64,000 nucleotides of DNA, taken from the NCBI GenBank assembly GCA_030835345.1, contig JAURPH010000012.1, positions 623 through 64,622 of the forward strand. Direction: 5' to 3'. Positions within the stretch are counted from its first letter, which is position 1; every line of letters starts with the position of its first letter. Origin of the DNA: Thermodesulfobacteriota bacterium (GTDB lineage: Bacteria > Desulfobacterota_D > UBA1144). This document shows positions 40,918 through 53,613 of the stretch, piece by piece. A program made the position numbers and the translations under genes. Under the pieces are notes generated by a model. That model did not search any database. It was not told where the DNA came from and saw nothing but the letters and a program-made list of their open reading frames with translations.

Positions 40918-41181
40918 CTAATTTTTCCCTGCCCAAAAAAGCTTCATTCTTTGAATTAACTCTTTTCTTCCAGACTTATTTTTTAGGAGCTTTAAACATT
41001 CCTTAAAAATTTTAAAGTATTTTTTAAGCTTAATTCTTCCATCAGGGAAGCTATATAAATAAATTCCGTAAATTAAAAAGAAAGGTGCGAGTATGGGAAT
41101 ACCAAAAGGCATAGCTAGAATAAATAAAAAGACTCTATTTATTACTTTTTTGAATTTGTCATACATAACTTTAAAGTTCAA
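40918..41181 (-). CDS. Small membrane protein (87 aa)
   Basis: Two hydrophobic helices (VFLFILAMPFGIPILAPFFLIYGIYLY). 11-nt overlap with the upstream YgjP-like gene. Confidence 0.5.
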   Translation of the reverse strand: MNFKVMYDKFKKVINRVFLFILAMPFGIPILAPFFLIYGIYLYSFPDGRIKLKKYFKIFKECLKLLKNKSGRKELIQRMKLFWAGKN

Positions 41182-41926
41182 ATTCTAATTGATCATTTTT
41201 GTCTAACTTAATTTTATCATTGTTTTTAGAAAGACTACCAATATCATTCTTAAACATTTGAATTATGTGAGGATTGTTATTAATCCAATTTTCATACTTC
41301 ATATAGTCTGGCATCATAACTTCTACTTGAGTCCAATAATCTTTAGAATGATTAGGATGAATTATATGTGCTAATTCATGTACAACTAAATACGATATGA
41401 CTTCATGTGGAACTAATATTGCTCTCCAACTAAAACTCAAAATTCCCCTTCCAGAACATGACCCCCATTGAGAATGGGACTCTTTTATTAAAATCCTATC
41501 GTAAGAAATATTAAACAACTTCGAATATCTAATACACAATTCAGACAATTTCTCAGAAGCTCTTTCTTTATACCAATCTACAAAAACTTTATTAGCTAAT
41601 TTTAAATATGCATTAGAAAGATAAAAGGTACCATTTTCATATTTTAAAGGTATGGATTTATTGGTAACAATTTTAAGCGGTCTCTCTTTACCAAGGTATA
41701 GAAAGTTTTCACCTTCCTCGTATTTTTTATGAAGATCATTTAAATATTTAGTCTTGTTTATCTGTTGATTTCTCAATAGGTAAAACTTTTTCTCATATAG
41801 AAAATCTTCAACCAGTTCTGAAGAAGCATTTAAAGGAGCTCTAACTATTATATACCCCTCAATTGTTACTTCGGCAGATATAGTTTTTCTATCAGATCGT
41901 ATGATTTGATCAACCTTTAGACTCAT
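41171..41926 (-). CDS. YgjP-like zinc metallohydrolase (DUF45/M48-like)
   Basis: HELAHIIHPNHSKDYW motif near the C-terminus, preceded by QWGSCS, as in YgjP-family proteins. Confidence 0.75.
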   Translation of the reverse strand: MSLKVDQIIRSDRKTISAEVTIEGYIIVRAPLNASSELVEDFLYEKKFYLLRNQQINKTKYLNDLHKKYEEGENFLYLGKERPLKIVTNKSIPLKYENGTFYLSNAYLKLANKVFVDWYKERASEKLSELCIRYSKLFNISYDRILIKESHSQWGSCSGRGILSFSWRAILVPHEVISYLVVHELAHIIHPNHSKDYWTQVEVMMPDYMKYENWINNNPHIIQMFKNDIGSLSKNNDKIKLDKNDQLEFEL

Positions 41927-41979
41927 TTGAGGCTACTATAACACATAAAAAATTAAAAATTAACAATAATTTAAGATAT

Positions 41980-42291
41980 TTAAGATAATAATATAAAAAT
42001 AACAGTTAGTAATGAACCAAAAACTATTCCAACAATTGTAGCTATCAAGACTTCTTTTTGTCCTTTTGAAAGAGCTGGTGGTTTAGGAAAAGAATCTGTA
42101 TGTAAAAATTCAAATAATCCAATATGAGCAAATATAATTTTAGCTGGAATTGCAAAAGCAACGGATAAAATTATTATTTGACCATAGGTTGGTATGGTTT
42201 CATAAAAACTTGGCTCAGCAGCATTTGCATAACAAGTAGTTAAAAAAAATAAAGTGAGTGAATTTTTAAGCAAATTATTCATACAACACAT
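41980..42291 (-). CDS. Small exported/membrane protein
   Basis: Signal-like N-terminus (LTLFFLTTCYANA) followed by two TM helices. Confidence 0.5.
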   Translation of the reverse strand: MCCMNNLLKNSLTLFFLTTCYANAAEPSFYETIPTYGQIIILSVAFAIPAKIIFAHIGLFEFLHTDSFPKPPALSKGQKEVLIATIVGIVFGSLLTVIFILLS

Positions 42292-42325
42292 TGAATTATA
42301 ATAACAAATATAGGAAAATCAATAT

Positions 42326-43075
42326 ATGCCTAGTTGTTACTTACAAGTTTATGAGAATATAAAAAATACTGGAGATGATCAGAAATACTGGGAAGAATAT
42401 ACATCCTTTTATGAGCAGTTTTGGGGAGGCCCTACATCCCCTTATGGATTATGGTTTGGGAATGAATACTCTGCATTTGAAGAATCACTATGTGAACATA
42501 TGCAAATTCAAAAAAAGGACATAAAACAATGCTTATTTATCAAAGAGAATAATGAATATTACATATGTCCATCTGAAGAAAATTCAAAAAAAAAGTCATA
42601 TTCATATTTAGTTAACAATCTTGTTCCACTTCATTGGTTACTATTATTTACTGAAGAGCAAAAAAAAGTTTTCAAAACCCATTGGGGCTTTGGAGCAATT
42701 CATTATACCTCTACAATTAAAAATGGATTAGAAATGATAAAAGATGGTAATGATTTGAAGGTTTCAATAAATGAGATGAAAAATCCTGCTAAGGAAGCTT
42801 TTATAAAAATTTTTGATGAACTTTCAACAACAGAAAATTGGTTATCAGAATTCAAAACCGATAGTATCCTGATTCTTAATTATGGCGACTTATTAGCAAA
42901 TCTTCCTCAATCATCATTAGATAAAGAAGATTCGGTGAGCATATTATCTGATATTAAAATTTTAATTAGAGAAAAATCATTTTCTGACTCCGAAAAACTC
43001 TTAAACTTTTTAATAGAAAGGTGGTTAAAAATTGAATTTTCAAATAAAAAAAGTGAGAGTTTATCTGCTAACTAA
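42326..43075 (+). CDS. Hypothetical protein (249 aa)
   Basis: Long ORF with no recognisable motif, rich in Trp/Tyr near the N-terminus (YWEEYTSFYEQFWGG). Confidence 0.55.
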   Translation: MPSCYLQVYENIKNTGDDQKYWEEYTSFYEQFWGGPTSPYGLWFGNEYSAFEESLCEHMQIQKKDIKQCLFIKENNEYYICPSEENSKKKSYSYLVNNLVPLHWLLLFTEEQKKVFKTHWGFGAIHYTSTIKNGLEMIKDGNDLKVSINEMKNPAKEAFIKIFDELSTTENWLSEFKTDSILILNYGDLLANLPQSSLDKEDSVSILSDIKILIREKSFSDSEKLLNFLIERWLKIEFSNKKSESLSAN

Positions 43076-43753
43076 TTTTTGTATCCATTTTATAGGTATT
43101 AACTTTGGTGGAACAAGCAACTGATCCTCATTTTTAACAAAATCGTTTTTATATTCTAGGCTCCATTTATAACTAAGGAAATATTGTGTGATCTTTAAAG
43201 CTAATTTTTTTGAATTTTTTATTTTTGACCATTCATCTATTTTTTGCTCCATCGGAATAATTTTAGCCTTAGATGGATTAAATAATGTTCTTAGCGCAAA
43301 ATTCCTTTCTTCATCATTAGAGGGTTTCAGCTCTTTCTTCATATCTAACAACATGCGGTATATGTACTTATATGTTCCAACTACATGATCATTGCTAAAT
43401 GGTAATTTTCTTCTTTTTTTATTCGGATAATCATGGCCACTTAATCCCTCTGCAAATTTAATGATGTTGAGTTTATCTTCAGGGTATGGGTATTTTGCTT
43501 GTAATGACCACGCAATAATTTGATATCTTATAGTTGGATGATCCAATACGATAGGATGCTCTTTTATTGCAAGTGCTAAATGAATTGGATTCTTTGTCTT
43601 CTGAAAATCTCTAAAATATTTACAAAAAAAAAGCCATGATAAAATTCCTGTCTTTCCTTCATGAACCCTTTCTACAAAATTCTTAATTTCTTTAAAGAAT
43701 TCATCACTTAATATTTTTGAATCAATCCATGCATCATCTTTAATTTTTGCCAT
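43061..43753 (-). CDS. Hypothetical protein (230 aa)
   Basis: Long ORF with no recognisable motif. Convergent 15-nt overlap with the preceding ORF. Confidence 0.55.
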   Translation of the reverse strand: MAKIKDDAWIDSKILSDEFFKEIKNFVERVHEGKTGILSWLFFCKYFRDFQKTKNPIHLALAIKEHPIVLDHPTIRYQIIAWSLQAKYPYPEDKLNIIKFAEGLSGHDYPNKKRRKLPFSNDHVVGTYKYIYRMLLDMKKELKPSNDEERNFALRTLFNPSKAKIIPMEQKIDEWSKIKNSKKLALKITQYFLSYKWSLEYKNDFVKNEDQLLVPPKLIPIKWIQKLVSR

Positions 43754-43786
43754 AAATTAATACTAACATTCAAACTAAAATTTACA

Positions 43787-44521
43787 TTAAATAAGTTTCA
43801 TTCTCATTGAAATTGATTGATAGGTTGTTCGATATTTGTTTGCAAGAATATGCATTACAATTTTATCAATAGAATTAACTTCATGGAAATCTTTAGAAGC
43901 TATTACTCCTGAGTATGGTGCAGATGATTTCTGATAAATAATTGCAAAATTACAGAGTGCTTCATCAATCAAGATAGTATTTATATGCTCTGATAGCATG
44001 ATGGAGCTTTTCACTCCTTTTTTAGATGATTCTAAAAAAAACGGATAATATTTTCTTAAAAATTTTTCTATCTTATTTTTTAATGAATTGAATTCAGAAA
44101 GGAGCTTTTTGTCCGTTGGAGATCTGTCTGCATCAGGCCCGTAATAAACAAGCTTTGATAAAGAACCTGAAGAAGCAGCTGAGAATATAGCCTTTAACCA
44201 GTTTTTTGCTTCTGACCATCTATCAAAATTCTTTTTAAAAGACAACAATGTGTGAGCTGTTTCAAGTTCATTAAGAACAGACTGAAGAAGATTAATCACA
44301 ATTTTAACTAGAGACTCTCTTTCCAGTGTCAGTTCATCCTTCCAGCCTTTTACATAGCTTTCGTCATATAGAATTCTAGGCTCCAACTTAATCTGTTCAA
44401 CTATGCTTTCTAATAACTCAATTTCTTTTAAAATATCCGGATAATACTTTTCTTTAAAATACTCTACACTTAAGGAAATATCATCTATATTGCTTACTTT
44501 GGTTAACAGTTTATTCTTCAT
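43787..44521 (-). CDS. Hypothetical helical protein (244 aa), translationally coupled to fumC
   Basis: ATGA start/stop overlap with fumC. No recognisable motif. Confidence 0.6.
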   Translation of the reverse strand: MKNKLLTKVSNIDDISLSVEYFKEKYYPDILKEIELLESIVEQIKLEPRILYDESYVKGWKDELTLERESLVKIVINLLQSVLNELETAHTLLSFKKNFDRWSEAKNWLKAIFSAASSGSLSKLVYYGPDADRSPTDKKLLSEFNSLKNKIEKFLRKYYPFFLESSKKGVKSSIMLSEHINTILIDEALCNFAIIYQKSSAPYSGVIASKDFHEVNSIDKIVMHILANKYRTTYQSISMRMKLI

Positions 44522-45906
44522 AAGCTAGGCTTCACCATTGACTTTGGATTTAAAACCTTATCAGATTCTTTAATCTCTAATATTTTATCTTCATTAACAA
44601 TTTCTCTTACAGTTTTATTATTACTATAAGCTTTCTTTGCGACATTAGCTGCATTATTATAGCCAATAATCGGAGCCAAACTCGTACACATAGCAAGACT
44701 ATCCTCAATATATCCCTCACATTTATCTTTATCAGCCTTTATACCTTTGATGCAATCTAAAGCAAAAACCTTAGTACAAGTTGAAAGTATTTGAATTGAT
44801 TCAATAATGTTATGAGCCATAACAGGCATCATCACATTAAGTTCAAAGTTACCTGATTGGCCAGCTATCGAAACTGTAGTATCGTTGCCAATGACTTGGG
44901 CACAAACTTGAGTTAATGATTCTGCCAAAACAGGATTTACTTTCCCTGGCATAATAGAAGAGCCTGGCTGTATAGATGGAAGAATAATTTCTCCAAAACC
45001 ACATCTAGGCCCACTACCTAACCATCGAATATCATTTCCAATCTTCATCAGTGAGGTTGCAGCAGTTTTTAATGTGCTACTTAAATAAACAAGGGCATCT
45101 TTTGATGATTGTGATTCAAAGTGGTTTCTGGCTTCGTTGAATTTCAAACCGACTTTTCTTGAAATTTCTTTTGCTATTAGAGAACCAAATTTAGGATGAG
45201 AATTTATACCAGTACCTACAGCAGTTCCACCTTGTGCTAATGATCTTAAATGCATATTCGCTGAGCCTATAAAAACAATAGAATTTTCAACCATTTCAGA
45301 AAATCCACTGAATTCTTGTCCTAGAGTTATAGGTGTTGCATCTTGAAGATGAGTTCTACCAATTTTAAATATTTTATTAAATGCCATGGCTTTTTTTGAT
45401 AATTCTCTTTTCAGAATTTTCAAACTTGGTATTAATTCATTAGCCACTAAACTATGGGCAGAAATATGCATTGCTGTTGGAATTACATCGTTGCTAGATT
45501 GGCAAAGATTAACATGGTCATTTGGATGAATTTTGACTTTTCCTTTTAAAAACTTATTAGCTAAGGTTGATATCACTTCATTTGCATTCATATTTGATGA
45601 AGTGCCTGATCCTGTTTGAAAAATATCAACAATAAACTCATCATCATGCTTGCCATCTATTACTTCTTGTGATGCTTTCATAATACTTTTTGATATATTT
45701 TTAGGAATTAATTTTAAATCACCATTAACTTTAGCTGCAGAATACTTGATTATTCCTAATGCTTTTATAAATGGCCTTTTAAATCTTAAATCACTTATTG
45801 GAAAATTTTGAACTGCCCTAGCAGTTTGGGCAGCATATAATGCTTTTTTGGGAACTTTCATTGTTCCCATGGAATCAGATTCATTTCTATAACTTTCTTT
45901 AGGCAT
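44518..45906 (-). CDS. fumC: Class II fumarate hydratase (fumarase/aspartase superfamily)
   Basis: GSSIMPGKVNP signature, QTGSGTSSNMNANEV and SSNDVIPTAMHI. The QTGSGT form is FumC-like rather than AspA-like. Confidence 0.85.
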   Translation of the reverse strand: MPKESYRNESDSMGTMKVPKKALYAAQTARAVQNFPISDLRFKRPFIKALGIIKYSAAKVNGDLKLIPKNISKSIMKASQEVIDGKHDDEFIVDIFQTGSGTSSNMNANEVISTLANKFLKGKVKIHPNDHVNLCQSSNDVIPTAMHISAHSLVANELIPSLKILKRELSKKAMAFNKIFKIGRTHLQDATPITLGQEFSGFSEMVENSIVFIGSANMHLRSLAQGGTAVGTGINSHPKFGSLIAKEISRKVGLKFNEARNHFESQSSKDALVYLSSTLKTAATSLMKIGNDIRWLGSGPRCGFGEIILPSIQPGSSIMPGKVNPVLAESLTQVCAQVIGNDTTVSIAGQSGNFELNVMMPVMAHNIIESIQILSTCTKVFALDCIKGIKADKDKCEGYIEDSLAMCTSLAPIIGYNNAANVAKKAYSNNKTVREIVNEDKILEIKESDKVLNPKSMVKPSL

Positions 45907-46008
45907 GTGAACACTCCTGAGGCATTTAAAATATAATTTTAACTCAAAGATAAGGACTTTGATAATTTATTTTTTACAATTACAATAATTTTATTAAAGG
46001 AGTTGATG

Positions 46009-46332
46009 ATGAGTGAAGTTATAGAAAGTAGCGATACAAGTTTTGAAGAGGATGTTATCAAATCAGATGTACCTGTTGTTGTCGATTTTTGGGCACCATG
46101 GTGTGGTCCATGCAAAGCCCTAGCCCCTACTCTGGAGGAAATTTCAGTTGAACAAAAAGATAAAATCAAGATAGTCAAAATTAATGTTGACGACCACACT
46201 GAGAATGCAGGAAAATATGGAATCAGAAGCATTCCAACTTTGTTAATATTCAATAAGGGTGAGTTAAAAAATCAAATAGTTGGTGCTTTGCCGAAGAATG
46301 AAATCGAAAAATTAATTATGGCAGAAATATAA
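46009..46332 (+). CDS. trxA: Thioredoxin
   Basis: WCGPC active site. AAGGAG Shine-Dalgarno ending at 46002 favours the ATG at 46009 (MSEVIE...). Confidence 0.93.
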   Translation: MSEVIESSDTSFEEDVIKSDVPVVVDFWAPWCGPCKALAPTLEEISVEQKDKIKIVKINVDDHTENAGKYGIRSIPTLLIFNKGELKNQIVGALPKNEIEKLIMAEI

Positions 46333-46631
46333 TGCAAAAATTTATAATGTTAAGCAAGCTTACTGACGAAGGACGAAAGACAGTTAAAATGCGTCCAGAA
46401 AGAATAAAAGAGGTAAATGACGAGATTGAAAAGATGGGTGCAAAAGTTGTTGAACAATATGCAGTTCTTGGTGAATATGATTTTATCAATATCCTAGAAG
46501 CACCAGACAATGAAACTATATCTAAAGTATCAATCGAACTCGGAGCAAGGGGCACAATTCAGCTTGTGACATTAGCAGCAATTTCAATTGAGGAACTTGC
46601 ATCAACATTAACAGCAGGTTCGATTTATTAA
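46332..46631 (+). CDS. GYD-domain protein
   Basis: VLGEYDFINILEAPDNETISKVSIELGARG resembles the GYD family. Its start overlaps the trxA stop (TAATG). Confidence 0.65.
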   Translation: MQKFIMLSKLTDEGRKTVKMRPERIKEVNDEIEKMGAKVVEQYAVLGEYDFINILEAPDNETISKVSIELGARGTIQLVTLAAISIEELASTLTAGSIY

Positions 46632-46633
46632 TT

Positions 46634-47743
46634 TTAACTTATCATTTCTTTGGCTCTTTTCTTCCAAGTATGTGTTTCGGCTTTCTTTCCTGCATTATTT
46701 GAGATTCTCTTATATTTTTCATGATTTGAAATTAAACTACTAATTTCCGATGCAAATGAAGCCGGTTTCAAAGATTTAACTAAAATTGCATTTACATTAT
46801 TAGTTAAAATTCTTGAGATTGATGGTAGATCAGATGCAACAATAGGTTTTGTTGAAGCAAGATGTTCAAAGATCTTTATTGGTGATGAGAATTCTTGTGC
46901 ATTAGTATCTCCCTTAATCGTAAAATCTTTTTGATAAGGGACAATTAATAAATCAGTTATTGAATAGTAACTTGGTACTATTTTACTAGGCACATGGCCG
47001 GTAAAAATAATATTTTTGTTCGAACTACTTAATAAATTTTTATAGTATCTATTATCAGAATCTTCTCCTCCCACAATCAAGAAAAAGGTCTTTGGAAATT
47101 TTTCCGCCAAATTAATTATTATTTCAATTCCCCTGCCTTTGTAAGTGTTGCCAATATAGGAAACAACCTTTGAACCCTCAGGTATAGATAATGATTTTTT
47201 AATCCCTACTGAATCATATTCTTTTTTAAAGTCTTCTAGCCTGACACCATTATGAAGAACTTTAATTTTTTCACTAGAATGAATTGTTTTTAAAATTGAG
47301 GACATTGTTCCTTCAGAATTACAGATAATTTTTTTTATATTTGTTGATTTTATGAACCTATTAGTAGCAATTCGAGAGAGAAAATTTATTGGTGGATGAT
47401 GAATATCGATTACAATATTTTTCATAAAAAAAGACGCTAAATAAGCAAATGAAATATTTCTTGTGACAATAAAATCATATTTACCTTTTTTTTTGACAAG
47501 AGCATTTATGCCATGAATTAAATGACGAAGCTTTCCTTTCTTAACACCAGAACAAGGAATTATATTGAAAATTTGTTTTACATCGTAAAATTCATAGAAA
47601 TAGTCAACTTTATTCTCTTTAATAGGTAATAGTAGATCAACTTTGTTTCCATTCTCTGCAAATGCCTCACAAATTCTAGAAACGTGTATGCTACTTGCTC
47701 CTGAACCAAAAAGTTCTGGACTCCCTACGTACAATATATTCAC
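46634..47743 (-). CDS. Glycosyltransferase (GT-B, family 4/1-like)
   Basis: N-terminal ILYVG...GGAS-like motif and a C-terminal E-x7-E-like region. 369 aa. GTG start. Confidence 0.7.
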   Translation of the reverse strand: MNILYVGSPELFGSGASSIHVSRICEAFAENGNKVDLLLPIKENKVDYFYEFYDVKQIFNIIPCSGVKKGKLRHLIHGINALVKKKGKYDFIVTRNISFAYLASFFMKNIVIDIHHPPINFLSRIATNRFIKSTNIKKIICNSEGTMSSILKTIHSSEKIKVLHNGVRLEDFKKEYDSVGIKKSLSIPEGSKVVSYIGNTYKGRGIEIIINLAEKFPKTFFLIVGGEDSDNRYYKNLLSSSNKNIIFTGHVPSKIVPSYYSITDLLIVPYQKDFTIKGDTNAQEFSSPIKIFEHLASTKPIVASDLPSISRILTNNVNAILVKSLKPASFASEISSLISNHEKYKRISNNAGKKAETHTWKKRAKEMIS

Positions 47744-47805
47744 ACTTATATATTATTGATTAATTGATTAATAAACAATATTTAATTAAGATTTTCAAAT
47801 AACTT

Positions 47806-49095
47806 ATGAAACTTATAAAAGGCTTTAGAGATATTTTTCCAGATTCAGAAATCGATATAAGCAATTCTGAATTATGGAACTCTATAAATATATTAATAAA
47901 ACAGAGTTTAGATAAATTTAATTTTTCAGAAATCATAACTCCACCAATAGAGTATGATAGTACTTTTAAATCAGGAATAGGAGACGATACTGATATAGTC
48001 TCAAAAGAAATGTATGAGTTTATTTTAAAAAAAGACGATGAATTTAGTAAAAATGAAACTTTTTGTTTAAGACCTGAGGGAACAGCATCGGTAGTTAGAA
48101 GTTATTTAGAACATTCATTGGGGAAGAAAAAGAAAATTAATAAACTATTTTACTGTGGACCCATGTTTCGTTATGAGAGGTCACAAAGAGGCAGATACCG
48201 TCAATTTCATCAAATTGGTGCAGAAATTCTAGGTTCAAAAAATATTTATTATGAAATCGAACTAATAGGTTTAGCAATAGATATCTTAAGAAATTTGCAA
48301 ATTATTGATTTCAAACTAGAGGTTAATAATATAGGCGATGAAGATTCTCTTAAAAAATTAGGGAAAAAAGTATTTGAATTTGCAAATGATAACAAAAATA
48401 AAATTAATCCAGAAGATTTTAAAATAGTCGAGAAAAATCCATTGAGATTCTTGGATAAAGCAATTCATAAATATGAGTTTTCCGATATTCCATCATCAAA
48501 AGAATTTCTTAATAATGAATCAAACGAAAGGTTTGATGAATTAAAGGAGCTCCTTAATAAAAATTCAATAGAATTTAAAGTTAATGAGCAGCTTATAAGG
48601 GGCATAGACTATTATAACGATACAGTTTTTGAGATTAAATCATCTAATCTAGGGTCTCAAGATACAATTCTTGCTGGCGGGAGATATGATAACTTAGTTG
48701 AAAAATTTGGCGGTCCTAAAACAGATTGTATAGGTTTTGCAGCTGGCATTGAAAGACTAATTTTGCTTCTAAACAACAATGTTAAAAAAGCCTCAAAAAT
48801 CAAAATTGATTTCTATGTAATTTATCAATCTGATAATACAAAAAGTTATGCATATAGTGTATTAGATAAACTTAGGAAGATTGGATTTAGATCTGAAATG
48901 GATCATGATAGGAAATCTTTTATAAAGCAATTAAAATCTGCCAGTAAAAATAATTCATTATACACAGTAGTTGTAGGTGAAGAAGAAAAGATAAATAATT
49001 TTGTAAAAATAAAAGAGTTATCTAGTGGTGATGAATTCACAATAAAATTTGACAATCTATTTCAAGAGAAGATAATTGACCTAGTTAAAAAATGA
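47806..49095 (+). CDS. hisS: Histidine--tRNA ligase
   Basis: RPEGTASVVR and FRYERSQRGRYRQFHQIG class II motifs, GGRYDNL. Confidence 0.92.
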   Translation: MKLIKGFRDIFPDSEIDISNSELWNSINILIKQSLDKFNFSEIITPPIEYDSTFKSGIGDDTDIVSKEMYEFILKKDDEFSKNETFCLRPEGTASVVRSYLEHSLGKKKKINKLFYCGPMFRYERSQRGRYRQFHQIGAEILGSKNIYYEIELIGLAIDILRNLQIIDFKLEVNNIGDEDSLKKLGKKVFEFANDNKNKINPEDFKIVEKNPLRFLDKAIHKYEFSDIPSSKEFLNNESNERFDELKELLNKNSIEFKVNEQLIRGIDYYNDTVFEIKSSNLGSQDTILAGGRYDNLVEKFGGPKTDCIGFAAGIERLILLLNNNVKKASKIKIDFYVIYQSDNTKSYAYSVLDKLRKIGFRSEMDHDRKSFIKQLKSASKNNSLYTVVVGEEEKINNFVKIKELSSGDEFTIKFDNLFQEKIIDLVKK

Positions 49096-50300
49096 AAAAA
49101 AATAAAATATTTTACGGTTGGTTTATAATTCTAGGTGCGTTTTTATTAATTTTCTTAGATGGTCTACTTTTATATTCTTTTGGCGTTTTACTTCCATCAA
49201 TAGAGACCAAATATGGACTTTCAAATGCATCTGTAGCTTCAATATTTTCCGTTAGATGCTTAGTATTTGCTTTCTCAATGATACTTTTTGGCAAATTAAC
49301 AGATAAATATAAGCCTCAGAAAGTTATTTTTTTTGGAGGACTTTTATCGGCTTTAGGTATTTTTTTAACCGCTTTTTCAACAAGTAAAATAGCCCTTTTT
49401 TTTAATTATGGAGTGCTAACAGGATTGGGAGATGGTGCATTTTATGTTCCAGCCATAGTAATAGCACAAAGATGGTTTAACAAAAGAAGAGATTTTGCTG
49501 TTGGTCTAGCAACTACTGGTGTACCAATAAGTGGATTAGTAGTTAACCCTCTATCTGCTTACATACTAAAAGAAACTAATTTAGAAACAACACTTATAGT
49601 TCTTTCCATAATCACATTGGTATTTTTATTTGGTGCTTTTCTTATGAAGGAATCTCCTGAGGAAATGAACTTGGAACCATATGGTGGCAAATTCCCTAAA
49701 GAAGAGGATGACATTGAAAATAGCTGGTCTAGCTCTGCAGCAATTAAAACATTATCGTTTAATGTATTGTACTTACAATTAGTACTGGGGATGCTTTCCT
49801 TCTTAATTGTTGTGACATTCCAATATGATCTTGCATTACAAAGAGGATTTAACATTTTAACATCATCATTAGCTCCTGCTTCAATAGCTGCAGGAAGCTT
49901 CTTTGGAAGATTAGTTGCTGGCTTCTTAAGTGATTACATAGATAGAAATAAAATTTTATTTTCTGTTTTCCTTGGACAAGCTTTATCAATTTTTATAATT
50001 CTTAATAGCAATACCATATATGGTTTTATCTTGTTTGGGATAACTTTTGGTTTTTGCTATGCAGGATGGATTCCAATATTTCCCAGCAAGCTAAAAGACT
50101 TTTACGGTAAAGCAAATTCAGGTGTAATTTATGGGATTTTCGGAACTGGGTTTTCAATATCAGCAATTTTTGGTCCACCATTAGGTGGATATTTAATAGA
50201 TAAATTTGGTACATACGAATATGGCTTATATTTTTGTATAATAGTTTGTTTAATTGCAGCTTTTCTATCTTTATTAATAAAGAAGCCAACAAAAATTTAA
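49092..50300 (+). CDS. MFS transporter (oxalate/formate antiporter-like)
   Basis: 12-TM profile. ATGA overlap with hisS. Confidence 0.75.
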   Translation: MKKNKIFYGWFIILGAFLLIFLDGLLLYSFGVLLPSIETKYGLSNASVASIFSVRCLVFAFSMILFGKLTDKYKPQKVIFFGGLLSALGIFLTAFSTSKIALFFNYGVLTGLGDGAFYVPAIVIAQRWFNKRRDFAVGLATTGVPISGLVVNPLSAYILKETNLETTLIVLSIITLVFLFGAFLMKESPEEMNLEPYGGKFPKEEDDIENSWSSSAAIKTLSFNVLYLQLVLGMLSFLIVVTFQYDLALQRGFNILTSSLAPASIAAGSFFGRLVAGFLSDYIDRNKILFSVFLGQALSIFIILNSNTIYGFILFGITFGFCYAGWIPIFPSKLKDFYGKANSGVIYGIFGTGFSISAIFGPPLGGYLIDKFGTYEYGLYFCIIVCLIAAFLSLLIKKPTKI

Positions 50301-50318
50301 ATCTGATATAATTTTAAT

Positions 50319-53032
<2,714 letters not shown>

Positions 53033-53042
53033 TTATTCAAAA

Positions 53043-53603
53043 CTAATCTTTCATTCTGGGCAGTGTTATTCCAGTCTGGTTTTGGTATTTACCCTTTTTA
53101 TCTGCATACGTAACATCGCACTGCTCATCACCCTCAAAAAATAAAACTTGAGCTATTCCTTCGTTTGCATAAATTTTAGCTGGCAATGGTGTCGTATTAG
53201 AAATTTCTAAGGTGACATGTCCTTCCCATTCTGGTTCGAATGGGGTTACATTAACAATAATTCCGCAACGAGCATAAGTAGACTTTCCAAGGCAGACAGT
53301 TATGACATTTTTTGGAATTCTGAAATATTCAACTGTTCTTGCAAGTGCAAATGAATTTGGTGGAATTATACATTCGTCAGTAACCATAGTAACAAAAGAT
53401 TTTTCATTAAAATCTTTTGGATCAACCACTGTGTTAAAAACATCAGTAAATACCTTGAATTCGTCAGTAACCCTAATATCATATCCGTAAGATGAAACAC
53501 CATATGATATAGCTCCTTGAGTTGTTTGCTTATCGGTAAATGGCTCAATCATTTTTTCCTCTAAAGCCATTTTCTTTATCCAATTATCTGATTTTATACC
53601 CAT
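53043..53603 (-). CDS. dcd: dCTP deaminase
   Basis: 186 aa. SYGYDIRV and [15 protein letters not shown] motifs typical of Dcd. Confidence 0.88.
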   Translation of the reverse strand: MGIKSDNWIKKMALEEKMIEPFTDKQTTQGAISYGVSSYGYDIRVTDEFKVFTDVFNTVVDPKDFNEKSFVTMVTDECIIPPNSFALARTVEYFRIPKNVITVCLGKSTYARCGIIVNVTPFEPEWEGHVTLEISNTTPLPAKIYANEGIAQVLFFEGDEQCDVTYADKKGKYQNQTGITLPRMKD

Positions 53604-53613
53604 TCGTTACTCC

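Noticed and set aside
40844-40921. 25-codon hydrophobic + strand mini-ORF (MGKKFFSFIFLSVFLIMMYFLYKMV) in the 139-nt gap upstream of paralog 4.
   Set aside because: There is no convincing Shine-Dalgarno site. Its end overlaps the 3' end of the 87-aa minus-strand gene. Such ORFs arise easily in T-rich DNA. It could be a real small membrane peptide, but it is unsupported.
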